A stretch of 63,752 bases of DNA, the filler included, from Octopus bimaculoides (Eukaryota): the NCBI RefSeq assembly GCF_001194135.2. It is 5 parts of 5 records of this genome, joined end to end, with 100 filler letters (N's around TTAATTAATTAA, not from the genome) between each part and the next. Parts side by side here need not be neighbours in the genome. Positions count along the whole stretch, not along the records: positions 1 to 24,609 come from NC_069000.1; 4 more parts are not named here. One strand, written 5' to 3'. Below, in pieces: positions 1 through 11,598 of the stretch. Below the pieces are notes generated by a model. It saw only the letters and a program-made list of their open reading frames with translations. It did not search any database and was not told the origin of the DNA. Within the stretch, counting starts at the first letter, position 1. Every line of letters begins with the position of its first letter. A program made the translations under genes and the position numbers.

Positions 1-70
1 GTCTTTACGTTATGAGTTCAAATTCTGCCAAGGTCGACTTTGCTTTTCATCCTTTCGGGGTCGATAAATT
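1..70 (+). mobile_element. SINE family A fragment (tRNA-derived)
   Basis: GAGTTCAAATTC B-box followed by GGTCGACTTTGC-TTTCATCCTTTCGGGGTCGATAAA, shared with about 10 other copies in the window. Confidence 0.85.
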
Positions 71-1134
71 ACTAATAAAGAGCCGGTTTCTAACCTAGAT
101 CCAAGCCTCCTTCATTGGAATTTCAACATCAGCAATAGGGTGGGTCGGTATGTATGTATGTATGTGTTGGTGTTGCCTTCAACTCCAAATTGAGTTCCAA
201 GGGGTGCTGTTTCGACATACAGAATAACAGGAACATTTCCAGCTTCCTCAGATCTCTCCAGTTCTAAGGACTTCTAATGAAATATTTCAAAGAAGACGCC
301 AAAATGGCTTCAACCTTTCTATTTATAGGACATGAGGTCGCTGTTTTAAACGTTGTACGGAAGTTAAAGCGGGATAGCCACGGCTGGAAACGTAAATTGA
401 CAGTTTCGGTAAAGTTGCTATTAACGTTGGCCAAAAATATCTCAATGACAATTTGGCATAATTCTTCGAATAATAATGATTCTTGAATTGAAACTGTATC
501 GATTGGGCTTCTTTTATAATATCAGTATTAATTGCAATAATTACATTAGCTTAATTATGATCGAGAACGAAAAGGATTGAAACTGTAAACGTTCAGATAT
601 TCTGAAAAATTGCACACTTAAAAAAAAAAAAAAAAACTAAGGGAAAATAACTCTAAACTATTACAGCTCATTCTTTAGAATTATTTCCCTTGCAAGGTAT
701 GTTTTCCCTTTAGAGTTATTTCCCTTGAATGTGTATTCCCGTTCTCGGTTGGATTACAGTGTCGCTGCTTTAGCTATATATGTTGACCGAGTTTTTGTAA
801 GCGGTTATGTAGTCGTGATAGTGGTATTATGGACGACGTTGATGATGATGATGACGATGACGATGATGACGACAACAATTATGATGATGATGATGGTGAT
901 GGTGATTATCCCATTGTCGTATTCGTTGTGGCTGTTTATTTGACGGCTTCTGTCAGTGTTGCAAGACTCAAACGCGGAATTCGTTGACTACCATTAAACT
1001 CATCCATGGAATTGCTTTTGTCACTTCTGATTCAGAGGCACTGTCATGGATGGATTGACGTTTAAACTTAACCGTCATTTCACTGATAGATAGATAGATA
1101 GGGAGATAGATACACGCACACACACACACACTCA

Positions 1135-1320
1135 CACGAAGGTGTACTGCTAAGTTCTTGGCTTTTGGGTAAAAGATATGGCGGGAGAATCAGTCAATTA
1201 TGATATTATTCAAAATATTTCCCTCTCAGACCCACACACTTATTGCAGTGTTCCTTCAAATTTTTATAAGCCCCAGTAAAAGGGCGCAGGAGGCTGGGCC
1301 TTCAACAAGGCCTTTCGCGA
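1135..1320 (+). mobile_element. Short mariner-type MITE, partial
   Basis: Left end (GAAGGTGTACTGCTAAGTTCTTGGCTTTTGGGTAAAAG) matches 44187-44258. The complementary right end AAAGCCAGGGATTTTTCAGCACCC is seen at 33961-33986, following AACCAGGCCTTTC as here (AACAAGGCCTTTC). Confidence 0.6.
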
Positions 1321-1527
1321 TATATACATATATATCTATATGTATATATATCATACTTACATACATATACGTGCACGCACACACGCACACACACACACAC
1401 ACGTATCTATTTACATATATACATATGGGTGTGTTTGTGTGTATGTATGAGTGGAAATGTGTGTGTGTGTGTGTGTGTACCACAAAGCTATAGTAGAAGA
1501 CACTCATCCAATGTGCCACATTGTGGT

Positions 1528-1561
<34 letters not shown>

Positions 1562-1571
1562 GTAATAATAA

Positions 1572-1742
1572 TCCTTTCTACTATAGGCACGAGGCCTGAA
1601 ATTGTGATGGAAGTGTTAAGTCGATTACATTGACCCCCAGTGCATAACTGGTACCTATTTTATTGATCTTGAAAGGATGAAAGATAAAATCGACTTCAGC
1701 AGAGTTTGAACTCAGAACGCAAAGGCATATGAAATGGCTTAT
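1572..1742 (-). mobile_element. SINE family A
   Basis: Reverse complement of the family A body; abuts an (AAT)n tail at 1530-1572. Confidence 0.85.
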
Positions 1743-2037
1743 AATAATAATAACAATAACAAAATCAATAGATTAACTACCTTTGTTGTTGTGAGTGTGT
1801 AAGTCATCGATGCACATCTATCCCCATCACATTTCCTAGTCGAATGCAATCTCCTCTCTTTCCCCACTGCGTCTAACTCTTCTTACCCCCAGTTTTTCTC
1901 TCAGCTTATTTATGCTCCATCCTTCATAAACACTAACACACATCGATGATACACAACCATCAAAACATCTTCGCTACATATCTCTCCAACCACTGCAGAG
2001 CCCCCTACATTGACACTGGCACATGGCATAGGTTCCA

Positions 2038-2320
2038 ATTGATCTAATTAACTGAACTAATAGCTTGCTTGTGAAATCAAAGTGCAAGTGGATGCGTATT
2101 CCACAGACACGTAGTTCTCAAGGATATTCAGTGTGTCACAGAATGTGACAAGAGTGGCCCCTTTTGAATTACAAGTACTACTCATTTTTGCCAGCTGAGT
2201 GGACTGGAGCAACCTGAAATGGAGTGTCTTGCTCAATGATACAAAGCACCACTGGGAATCGAACTCATGACCTTGCAATCATGAGCCCAATGACCCTAAT
2301 CACTCAGTCACCTGCCTTCA
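2038..2320 (-). mobile_element. SINE family E (tRNA head + CORE/V-like centre + family C tail)
   Basis: Minus strand reads GAGTTCGATTCCC B-box, TTGAGCAAGACAC centre and CTCCAGTCCACTCAGCTGG, then the tail shared with family C. Confidence 0.8.
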
Positions 2321-2816
2321 TGACCCCCTTCATACAATGCAAATATCTCACTACTATGAGACATCACACTTTGTACGAGCATCAATCAACCTTTCATTTG
2401 TAAAGACAATCTCACCAGATCTAATAATAATAGATTCGTTAACTTTAATTACTCCATACTTACTCTGATTACTATGTTCTCACAGTACACACTACCACTT
2501 CTACTGCTAATTAGGCCACATACTGTTAATTAGTTCACATAGGCAAGACAAGTTGTATGGATGAGAAGTAAACTTCCTACCCCACAGCCCTCCCAAAATT
2601 TCTGGCCCAGTGCCTATGAGAGATGTCTCTTTTATTTTCTTAATGTTTTATTTCCATATTCTTATTTTTTTCTCAAACATTTCTTATTGACCGTTGCCAT
2701 ATTATTTGTTTTTTTTTATTTAATTTTTTTTTGTCATATGTATGCAAAGGGAAAATACAAAAAAAAAAATTACTCATTAAAGATATATATTGAAAAATAA
2801 AACTAATAACCAGATA

Positions 2817-3421
2817 GTAAAGATTATTTGCCAAAATAATATGGCAGTCCTGGTTTAGGATGAATGTTGCAGTAATTTTAGCCCCAGGGGACATCGTCTC
2901 CAGCTGGCTATACAATACGATCTGTGTCCTTATATTTTCGAACAAGGGAATCTAGCAACCCCCACTCAGCTCAAAACAATATCTGTGTATTGTGATTTCT
3001 GGGTTATTTTCCTTCATCAGCACAGAATAATTGTTCAGCTAGAGGTGACGCTGTCAAATTCCTGTTTGAAATATATAGTTTTCAAAGTGACAACTCGTCA
3101 CTGATTTATAAATTAGAAAATTACTATTTTTAAAATCTCACAACGTGAAATATTCAGCAACAGTACTTTGTAGTAAAGATTGTTTGCCAACATAACATGG
3201 CTGTCCTGTTTTGAGCTGAATGGGCGTGCTAGATTCTCTTGTTTGAAAATATAAGGACACAGATCGTGTCGTATAGCCAGCTGGAGATGATGTCTCCTGA
3301 GGCTAAATTACAGCAACATTCGTCCTAAACCAGGACTGCCATGTTATGTTGGCAAACGATCTTTACTCCAAAGTACTGTTGCTGAATATCTCTCGTTGTG
3401 AGATTTAAAAATAGTAATTTT
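2817..3421 (-). mobile_element. Retrozyme-like non-coding element (356-nt unit plus inverted piece) flanked by a 14-bp direct repeat
   Basis: CTAATAACCAGATA at 2803-2816 and 3422-3435; GTCCTG recurs at 2847 and 3203 (period 356); 2817-2977 and 3208-3366 are inverted copies. Confidence 0.75.
2982..3026 (-). ncRNA. Type I hammerhead ribozyme motif
   Basis: Minus strand UCUGUG-CUGAUGA-AGGAAAAUAACCCA-GAAA-UCACAA-UA-CACAGA: perfect 6-bp stem I and intact core. Stem III reverts to the palindrome AUCGCGAU with two CpG>CpA changes. Confidence 0.8.
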
Positions 3422-4045
3422 CTAATAACCAGATATTTTTCTAAAACAAAATTTAAAAAAAAAAATCAAATAATTTTTGGGGGCTTGTCTTCTGTGTATG
3501 GCTAATTGTATTTTTAGCCCTTTTTTCTTTTTCTTATTACTCTTCCTAGCTTTTTATCTATTCCAACTTCTTCAGTCTCTACTGATAAATATATTTTCTT
3601 GTTAGCCATACGTTATTATCAAATATACAATTGCATAATTAATTTAGCTCTATAAACATTGTTGTTTCTCAAAAGTTAATTAATAAATTCATTAAAATCT
3701 TCAAAAACTCAGAGCTGTGTTCCATTTGTTATTTGAATTATTTCTGTATTAAAATTTTGTTTATTTTTGGATTTTTTAAAATAATTATTGTTAATCATCA
3801 TCATCGTCATCATCATCATCATCATCATTATTTTCAATGTGGTGAGCTGGCAGAATTGTATGCACACCAAGCAAAATNNNNNNNNNNNNNNNNNNNNNNN
3901 NNNNNNNNNNNNNNNNNNNNNNNNNNNNNNNNNNNNNNNNNNNNNNNNNNNNNNNNNNNNNNNNNNNNNNNNNNNNNNNNNNNNNNNNNNNNNNNNNNNN
4001 NNNNNNNNNNNNNNNNNNNNNNNNNNNNNNNNNNNNNNNNNNNNN

Positions 4046-4096
<51 letters not shown>

Positions 4097-4109
4097 GTAT
4101 GTGTGCATG

Positions 4110-4142
<33 letters not shown>

Positions 4143-5266
4143 GTATATATATTTATACACACACTTATATAGATACAGATACATGCTCATGATGTAACCT
4201 AAAGATTATTTTTCTTAAGAAGTGAACACAACATGCTTATCTGAGCAGCAACAGACATTTCCCTACAGCAAGGGTTCTGCTATTCATCTTGCCGTTCTTT
4301 GCATACAGAAGCCTTACACATACATGCACATACACACACACACAACACAAACATGTATATGCGTGTGTATATATACATACAAATATATATATATATATAT
4401 ATATATGGATGGATGTGTGTGTGTGTGTGTGTGTCCTATAGATGTGTAACTTAATGATGTATGACCTACTGAATCTACGCACATATCTACTTTGGAAGAA
4501 ATGAAGGCATGAAGAAAGATTTCAAGATTTGACAAGGAGACAAGAGATATAGATCTGAGAGTACTTGTCATCACTACGACAACGACGACCACCACCACCA
4601 CTGCCACCATCACCAACACCACCACCATTGTCATCATCATCATCATCATCATTATTATTATTATTATTATTATCATTATTACTATTATTATTATTATTAT
4701 TACTGTAAAGAAGTGAGCTGGCAGAATTGTTAGCCTGAATGGTAAATTCTCGGTCAGCAATCACAAAACTTCCATTATCATGTATTTCTTTGATAATTTC
4801 TGCCTTTTCCTGTAAAGAATACACAATGAGGAGGAGGCGGAGGCGGAGGAGGAGGAGGGTGATGATGATGATGATGATGATGATGATGACAGCCATATGC
4901 TTAGTTCTATATTTGAATGCAAGATAGAATTTCTTAATTACGGACAACTAATTATCTGATATAGGATGTAATTAAAAGCGGAATCATTTGAAGGTTGGTT
5001 TTTTCTTCAAGAAATAGCTGCCTTCATAGTGTCTTTGAGATCATCAACACATCCAAGAAATGGCAATGTAAGATTTACTTTCTTCAGAATCAATGTAAAT
5101 CCATCCAAAATGAATTTAGTTCCAAGCAAAAGATGGAAACAAGATCTCTTTCATCATAAACTTGTTTAGAATTTGCAGATTTCTTCATCAATGGAAATTT
5201 TTCTTATCTTTTTTACTTCTTTTTAAGCATTGGATAGCGATCATACTGGAGCACTACCTTTTAGCT

Positions 5267-5510
5267 CAGGGGTTCTCAACCATTTTTTATCCCTGAACCC
5301 CTTTGTTTACTATTTTCTCTAGTGGACCCCTATAGCCATTTGATGTGTAAAGACTAGTTTTATAGAAAATTCTTTCAAAATTCCAATTTTCTTTTTCATC
5401 CATTAACCTTTGTAGGTTGAAATATGTAAAATGTTAGAGAAAGAAATTTAATTGTTTCTTGTAATACACAACCAAAGAGTTCTACAAATTTGACTGTAAA
5501 TTCATTTGTG
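5267..5510 (+). mobile_element. hAT (Charlie-like) non-autonomous element, left end
   Basis: CAGGGGTTCTCAACC is a typical Charlie/MER5-type terminal sequence; the right end was not found (gap follows). Confidence 0.5.
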
Positions 5511-6327
5511 GTTCACTTCACAAAATTGCAAGACAATTTGAAAAATATAAGATATATCATTTTTAATTATACAATTTTAGCTTCACTGTGAAAGAGTTAT
5601 TAGAAAAATATACTTTACATTTCAAATTACCCAAAAGCACTTTGTAAAGCAACATANNNNNNNNNNNNNNNNNNNNNNNNNNNNNNNNNNNNNNNNNNNN
5701 NNNNNNNNNNNNNNNNNNNNNNNNNNNNNNNNNNNNNNNNNNNNNNNNNNNNNNNNNNNNNNNNNNNNNNNNNNNNNNNNNNNNNNNNNNNNNNNNNNNN
5801 NNNNNNNNNNNNNNNNNNNNNNNNNNNNNNNNNNNNNNNNNNNNNNNNNNNNNNNNNNNNNNNNNNNNNNNNNNNNNNNNNNNNNNNNNNNNNNNNNNNN
5901 NNNNNNNNNNNNNNNNNNNNNNNNNNNNNNNNNNNNNNNNNNNNNNNNNNNNNNNNNNNNNNNNNNNNNNNNNNNNNNNNNNNNNNNNNNNNNNNNNNNN
6001 NNNNNNNNNNNNNNNNNNNNNNNNNNNNNNNNNNNNNNNNNNNNNNNNNNNNNNNNNNNNNNNNNNNNNNNNNNNNNNNNNNNNNNNNNNNNNNNNNNNN
6101 NNNNNNNNNNNNNNNNNNNNNNNNNNNNNNNNNNNNNNNNNNNNNNNNNNNNNNNNNNNNNNNNNNNNNNNNNNNNNNNNNNNNNNNNNNNNNNNNNNNN
6201 NNNNNNNNNNNNNNNNNNNNNNNNNNNNNNNNNNNNNNNNNNNNNNNNNNNNNNNNNNNNNNNNNNNNNNNNNNNNNNNNNNNNNNNNNNNNNNNNNNNN
6301 NNNNNNNNNNNNNNNNNNNNNNNNNNN

Positions 6328-6360
<33 letters not shown>

Positions 6361-7994
6361 CCTTTTGGTCTTGAAATTGCAAATAGCCACCTTAATAATT
6401 TATATGTGTGTGTGTGTGTGTGTGAGATGTCAATGTAAATATTCTTGTAGAGTGTAATGAAAACATGACACCAAACTGGTGGGAATCTGTGAGACATTAT
6501 ATCCTCCTACTCCAGTTCCTCAAAATGTCTGTGTAAGCCATGAATATTCAATGTGTTAGATAGAGAAAGAGAGGGAGAGGGAGAGAGAAGGAGGGGGACA
6601 GAGAGGCAGGGAGAGATTTCCTATCAAAAATGTTAAATGCATGCACACGCACACATTCACACACACACTCCCATTTGCATATACATACACCTACACAGTG
6701 GCACACACACACACTGGGTTGCATGCCAACACATGCAATATACACAAGTTCACACACACACTCACATACATTCACACTCACATCCACACACACGTGATGT
6801 GTAGATATATGTACGCATACACAGATACAGATACACGTACAAACACATGCTCACACCTTCACACATGTGTGGATATATACATACACACGTAATATAGACA
6901 TACACACACACACACGGGCACACACACACACATGCACCCGCACACACATGCACGCACAGATTTTCATATTCACATCCACATATGTGTGCACACACTCGCA
7001 TACACATAGAAGTAAAAAAGAAAGTTCTGTTCACACACACACACACGTGTGTGCAAATATATACACTCACCCCAGATAATGTACATTCACATGTGTACAG
7101 AAAAGAGAGGAGGAGGAGGAGAGAGAGAGAGAGAGAGAAGAGATAGAAAGACAAACCTATTCACAGATAGTGTCATGTCTCACTTACCACCACCACCACC
7201 GCCATCACCACCAAAACTACCAGCACTGCTATCATGGCTGCCCTGCTATCACTGTTGCTTCTGCCACCACTTCTACCACCACCAACACCCCCTCCTTAAC
7301 CAGAAATAGTACCCCCCACCACCACCACTGNNNNNNNNNNNNNNNNNNNNNNNNNNNNNNNNNNNNNNNNNNNNNNNNNNNNNNNNNNNNNNNNNNNNNN
7401 NNNNNNNNNNNNNNNNNNNNNNNNNNNNNNNNNNNNNNNNNNNNNNNNNNNNNNNNNNNNNNNNNNNNNNNNNNNNNNNNNNNNNNNNNNNNNNNNNNNN
7501 NNNNNNNNNNNNNNNNNNNNNNNNNNNNNNNNNNNNNNNNNNNNNNNNNNNNNNNNNNNNNCTTTTGCCACCACCACCGCCACCTCCCCCACCATCACAT
7601 CCATAAATATCAGTCTGAAATAATGTCACATGACCTGATGCTGCACCAGATTATTTTCCCTTCCTTCTCCTCGCCCCATCCCCACCCACCGCCCTCACCT
7701 CTGCTATCAACCAGTTACATGTGCAGTTGACACCATCTGGTGATGTACCAACAGAGAATGTTCACTTGGTTTCCTCTGTACACGACACCACCACCAACAC
7801 CCCCTCCTTAACCAGAAATAGTACCCCCCACCACCACCACTGTTACCACTATCATTGCCGCTGTCACCACCACCGTCACCTCTGCCATCACCACGACAGA
7901 AGATATGTCCTTGAAATAAGAGTTAGTCAGGTCTTTGGTCGGTCTGTCTTGTAAGAGTAGAGGTCACTCATGAGTGAGAACACACACTCACACA

Positions 7995-8400
7995 CACACA
8001 TATATATATACATACTACATACTACGTTGCCCAGGCTCACATCCGTCTACGCCATCATTAAACATGCACACCTGCACTTGGAGACGTCACTCCAGCTTCG
8101 CCATTTATTTGGTGTCGACACAACACGGGAAGCAGCAGATATTGCTTATGAGCCTTACTCAATTATTGGCGTAGAGTGCGGTGCCAGGGGTTGCTTCCGA
8201 CGGTGGGGGAGATCTTCGAGTCTCATTGGACAGCTACCACCTGTCCTCAAGTTAGGCAGACCCCAGCCAGAAAGGTGTTGTGCCGCCACGGATTGCTGTC
8301 CTCAATGGGTGCACGGAGATTAGGAGAACATCCGACAGCTTTCCTTTCCCGAGCGTCCAATCACAATCTGTATCGCGTCCTCGCGTTGTTGTTGTTTTTT
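7995..8400 (+). pseudogene. Possible decayed RLE-type (R2/Hero-like) non-LTR retrotransposon 3' region
   Basis: Peptide DTTREAADIAYE...IIGVECGARG resembles the RLE C-terminal xEVGxRG motif; CpG-rich relative to the flanks. Confidence 0.35.
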
Positions 8401-8447
8401 TTTGTCGTTTTTCTTTTTTCAACCTATATATATATGTGTGTGTGTGT

Positions 8448-8752
8448 GTTGGAACTCCGTCGGTTACGACGACGAGGGTTCCAGTTGATCCGATCAACAG
8501 AACAGCCCGCTCGTGAAATTAACGTGCACTCCATAGACACGTGTACCCTTAACGTAGTTCTCGGGGAGATTCAGCGTGACACAGAGTGTGACAAGGCTGG
8601 CCCTTTGAATTACAGGTACAGAAAGAAAGTTGTGAAAGAGTGCAGCAGGGTTCGCCACCATCCCCTGCCGGAGCCGCGTGGAACTTTAGGTGTTTTCGCT
8701 CAATTAACACTCACAACGCCCGATCTGGGAATCGAAACCGCGATCCTACGAT
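8448..8752 (-). mobile_element. SINE family C, 5'-truncated
   Basis: Reverse complement of the copy at 20815-21182, including GGTTTCGATTCCC. Confidence 0.9.
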
Positions 8753-8809
8753 ATAAATTATGCATTTTAGCATACACTTTAAACTTCATAATATTATATA
8801 AAATTAGAA

Positions 8810-10125
8810 TTAATAACTGCCTTTGACTATAAAGTATTCAACGATAATATGAACATTCTTTTACAATGTTCCATAGCATTATTTACGTAATACACAATTT
8901 TCGTATGTGTTATAGGTATTATTCTGTGTAGATCTGAGGTTTTAAGTATTTTAAATCTTCACTGAACTATATATTTTAGGTAGGTCTTCCTTTTCGATAA
9001 TTTCGTTATTATTGTAGTAAATATAATACGTATTTACCGCTGGGTAATGGTCGCCATATTTATCACGTGACTTTTCAGTATAAATTCTAAAGTATAGCTA
9101 TTATGGTTTAATCCACAGTAACTCGCCGGCAGGTAAGCCATGGGTTTTTAATTTATTCTAAACAATATTGACATACGTCTTCTATTAACTTGATACACTA
9201 ACACGTTTTTTACATTTATTTACTTCTATAATGATTTAACCTTGTTCACTATAATACTCTCTATTTCAATATTTCTAAATTGTGACTTTTAATAATTATA
9301 TTAATGCCTGTAACGTAGAGATTATTTTACAGGTTTTGTCTCTTGATATATTTTATATTTTTTATTTCTCATGTTTATGTTTATTTCTTATAATGCTTTT
9401 AGGTATTTTTGTTAGGAATATGACCCGAAGAGTGGGTGATTTGGGGAGTAAAATCATTTCCCCATTCTAATGAACTTGGATAGAATTTTCTTATGATTTT
9501 ATATAGTTCCAATTCATCCATGAAATGCGCATAGTCTATGTCCAAGTACTGACTTTTACACTTTTATACATTGTATTAATTTTTACTGTCCTATTTATAC
9601 TTTATATGTATATATAAATATGGCGGCCTCTGATCAATACGTGTTTTTCTAAGCTCCTAGAAAATCGCCAAGAAACTTCTAAAAAGTTGCGAATTCTATT
9701 ATAAATAAAACCCAAGAAAGTCTTAAATGTCTTCCTCAATGACAAAGAATACACTTGAAGAAATAAAAAAGTGAAATATAGTAAGGAGGAAGAATCTTTC
9801 TTTTGCGAATGTATGAATTATAAACATTGCAAATAACAACACTTGGATTTTACGACATTTCTAAAATAACTGCGATTTTCGACCAGGAAAAAAAATGTAT
9901 CTGTCTGAATAACTTGAGTGAAAACGTAACAAGACAAATTTACAGAAAAACAATCTGGAATATACATATAGAAGGGAAATACAGAAGAAGTAAAAGCCCT
10001 TACGAATATACGAAACGTAAACAATGTCTTGTATTGAGCAGCACATGGTATCACCATAACTTGAAAAGAAGTTTAAAATCTTCCACTGCCTTGGAAATAC
10101 CCATTTCTCTTTGGAAAAACTAGTT
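8810..10125. pseudogene. Decayed AT-rich ORF remnants on both strands, origin unknown
   Basis: Minus frame about 9170-8810 reads LKTHGLPAGELLWIKP**LYFRIYTEKSRDKYGDHYPAVNTYYIYY... The plus frame from ATG 9619 reads MAASDQYVFF*APRKSPRNF*KVANSII... and later TEEVKALTNIRNVNNVLY*AAHG...LPLPWKYPFLFGK. Confidence 0.4.
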
Positions 10126-10339
10126 AAGTATCTTTGTGTTCTGTCGTTTATTGAAAGTTTATTATTATTAGGGGGAAATAGAAGGTTAAATTTACATAAG
10201 GTGTTTTCTGTTTTGTTTTTAACTTACGAGATTATTGATTATTGTAGAGAGGTTTAACTTTCATTATTCATGATTTAAGTGAATTTCTTTAGTTACAGAT
10301 ATATAATTGTTTGTTCCTTTATTTATTTTTCCCTATCCA

Positions 10340-10920
10340 AGTCGAATCCTTTCCAAGAGTTTGTATAACTTCTCTCTCTCGCTCTCTTCTCCATCATACC
10401 GTATTTTCCTCTTTCTCTATTGCTTCTGTCTAAACACTCTCTCTATCTCTTTACTTCATAATTCTCTCAGACCCTTAATCTCTCTTCTACTGTTATCTCT
10501 CTCTCTCTCTCTCTATTTCATCTCTATAAATACATACACACACACTCTCTCTTTACTTTTCTCCATCGCACAGTCCTTCTCTCAGCCCCTCAAACTCCCT
10601 AAATACAGTATATATATGTAGGTGTGTGTATATATATTGGCACAATCTTTCTCTCTCTTCTCTGTTTCTTTTCTTCACTTCTCTCTAACACACAGTCTTT
10701 CATCTCTCAGACCCTCAACCTCTATCATAAATACATACCCCCCTCTCTCTTTGTCTTTTCACTTCTCTCTGTCACAACGTCTTTCTTCTCTCAGCCTCTC
10801 AATCTTCCTAAATATATAGACACGAACATTCTCTCTCTCGCTCTCTCTCTTCTCTCAGCCACTCAATTTCTGTAAATATAGACTCTTTCTTTCTCTATTT
10901 CTTCACTACCCTCCATCACA
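10340..10920 (+). repeat. Degenerate CT-rich minisatellite
   Basis: About five imperfect units containing TCTCTCAG(A/C)CC-TCAA...TAAATA near 10463, 10579, 10702, 10788 and 10851. Confidence 0.6.
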
Positions 10921-10945
10921 CTTAAAATTTTAAAAAAATAATAAA

Positions 10946-11132
10946 ATGTCCAAAACCTGGAGGAGCATGGAATTGGCATTGTTTTTGAGAGCCTGGCGCT
11001 GTGCTGAAGGAGAAAACCCAAATAATATAATCACTGCTGCACTGAAGAGCAATGGTTACACGAGAACATTAGCACAGATAGAACGAAAGAAGCAGGAGTT
11101 TACACGTTCCTATGCTCTCATACGATCCCATA
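10946..11132 (+). CDS. Myb/SANT-like (trihelix) DNA-binding domain ORF, N-terminus (runs into gap)
   Basis: MSKTWRSMELALFLRAW...IITAALKSNGYTRTLAQIERKKQEFTRSYALIR fits the W-x3-E...W...L-x3-GY-x-RT-x2-Q-x3-K...Y pattern of MSANTD/Harbinger-type trihelix proteins; AAA-ATG start context. Confidence 0.65.
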
Positions 11133-11598
11133 NNNNNNNNNNNNNNNNNNNNNNNNNNNNNNNNNNNNNNNNNNNNNNNNNNNNNNNNNNNNNNNNNNNN
11201 NNNNNNNNNNNNNNNNNNNNNNNNNNNNNNNNNNNNNNNNNNNNNNNNNNNNNNNNNNNNNNNNNNNNNNNNNNNNNNNNNNNNNNNNNNNNNNNNNNNN
11301 NNNNNNNNNNNNNNNNNNNNNNNNNNNNNNNNNNNNNNNNNNNNNNNNNNNNNNNNNNNNNNNNNNNNNNNNNNNNNNNNNNNNNNNNNNNNNNNNNNNN
11401 NNNNNNNNNNNNNNNNNNNNNNNNNNNNNNNNNNNNNNNNNNNNNNNNNNNNNNNNNNNNNNNNNNNNNNNNNNNNNNNNNNNNNNNNNNNNNNNNNNNN
11501 NNNNNNNNNNNNNNNNNNNNNNNNNNNNNNNNNNNNNNNNNNNNNNNNNNNNNNNNNNNNNNNNNNNNNNNNNNNNNNNNNNNNNNNNNNNNNNNNNN

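Noticed and set aside
3112-3426. Apparent MITE with roughly 97-bp TIRs
   Set aside because: The direct repeat flanks the larger 2817-3421 unit, and the left arm is continuous with the HHR-containing monomer, so inversion of a permuted unit explains it better. Kept as the refuting alternative.
7278-7840. About 50-nt exact duplication (7278-7328 and 7787-7840) either side of a gap
   Set aside because: It lies in (CAC)n low-complexity sequence around a gap; a minisatellite cannot be distinguished from an assembly duplication.
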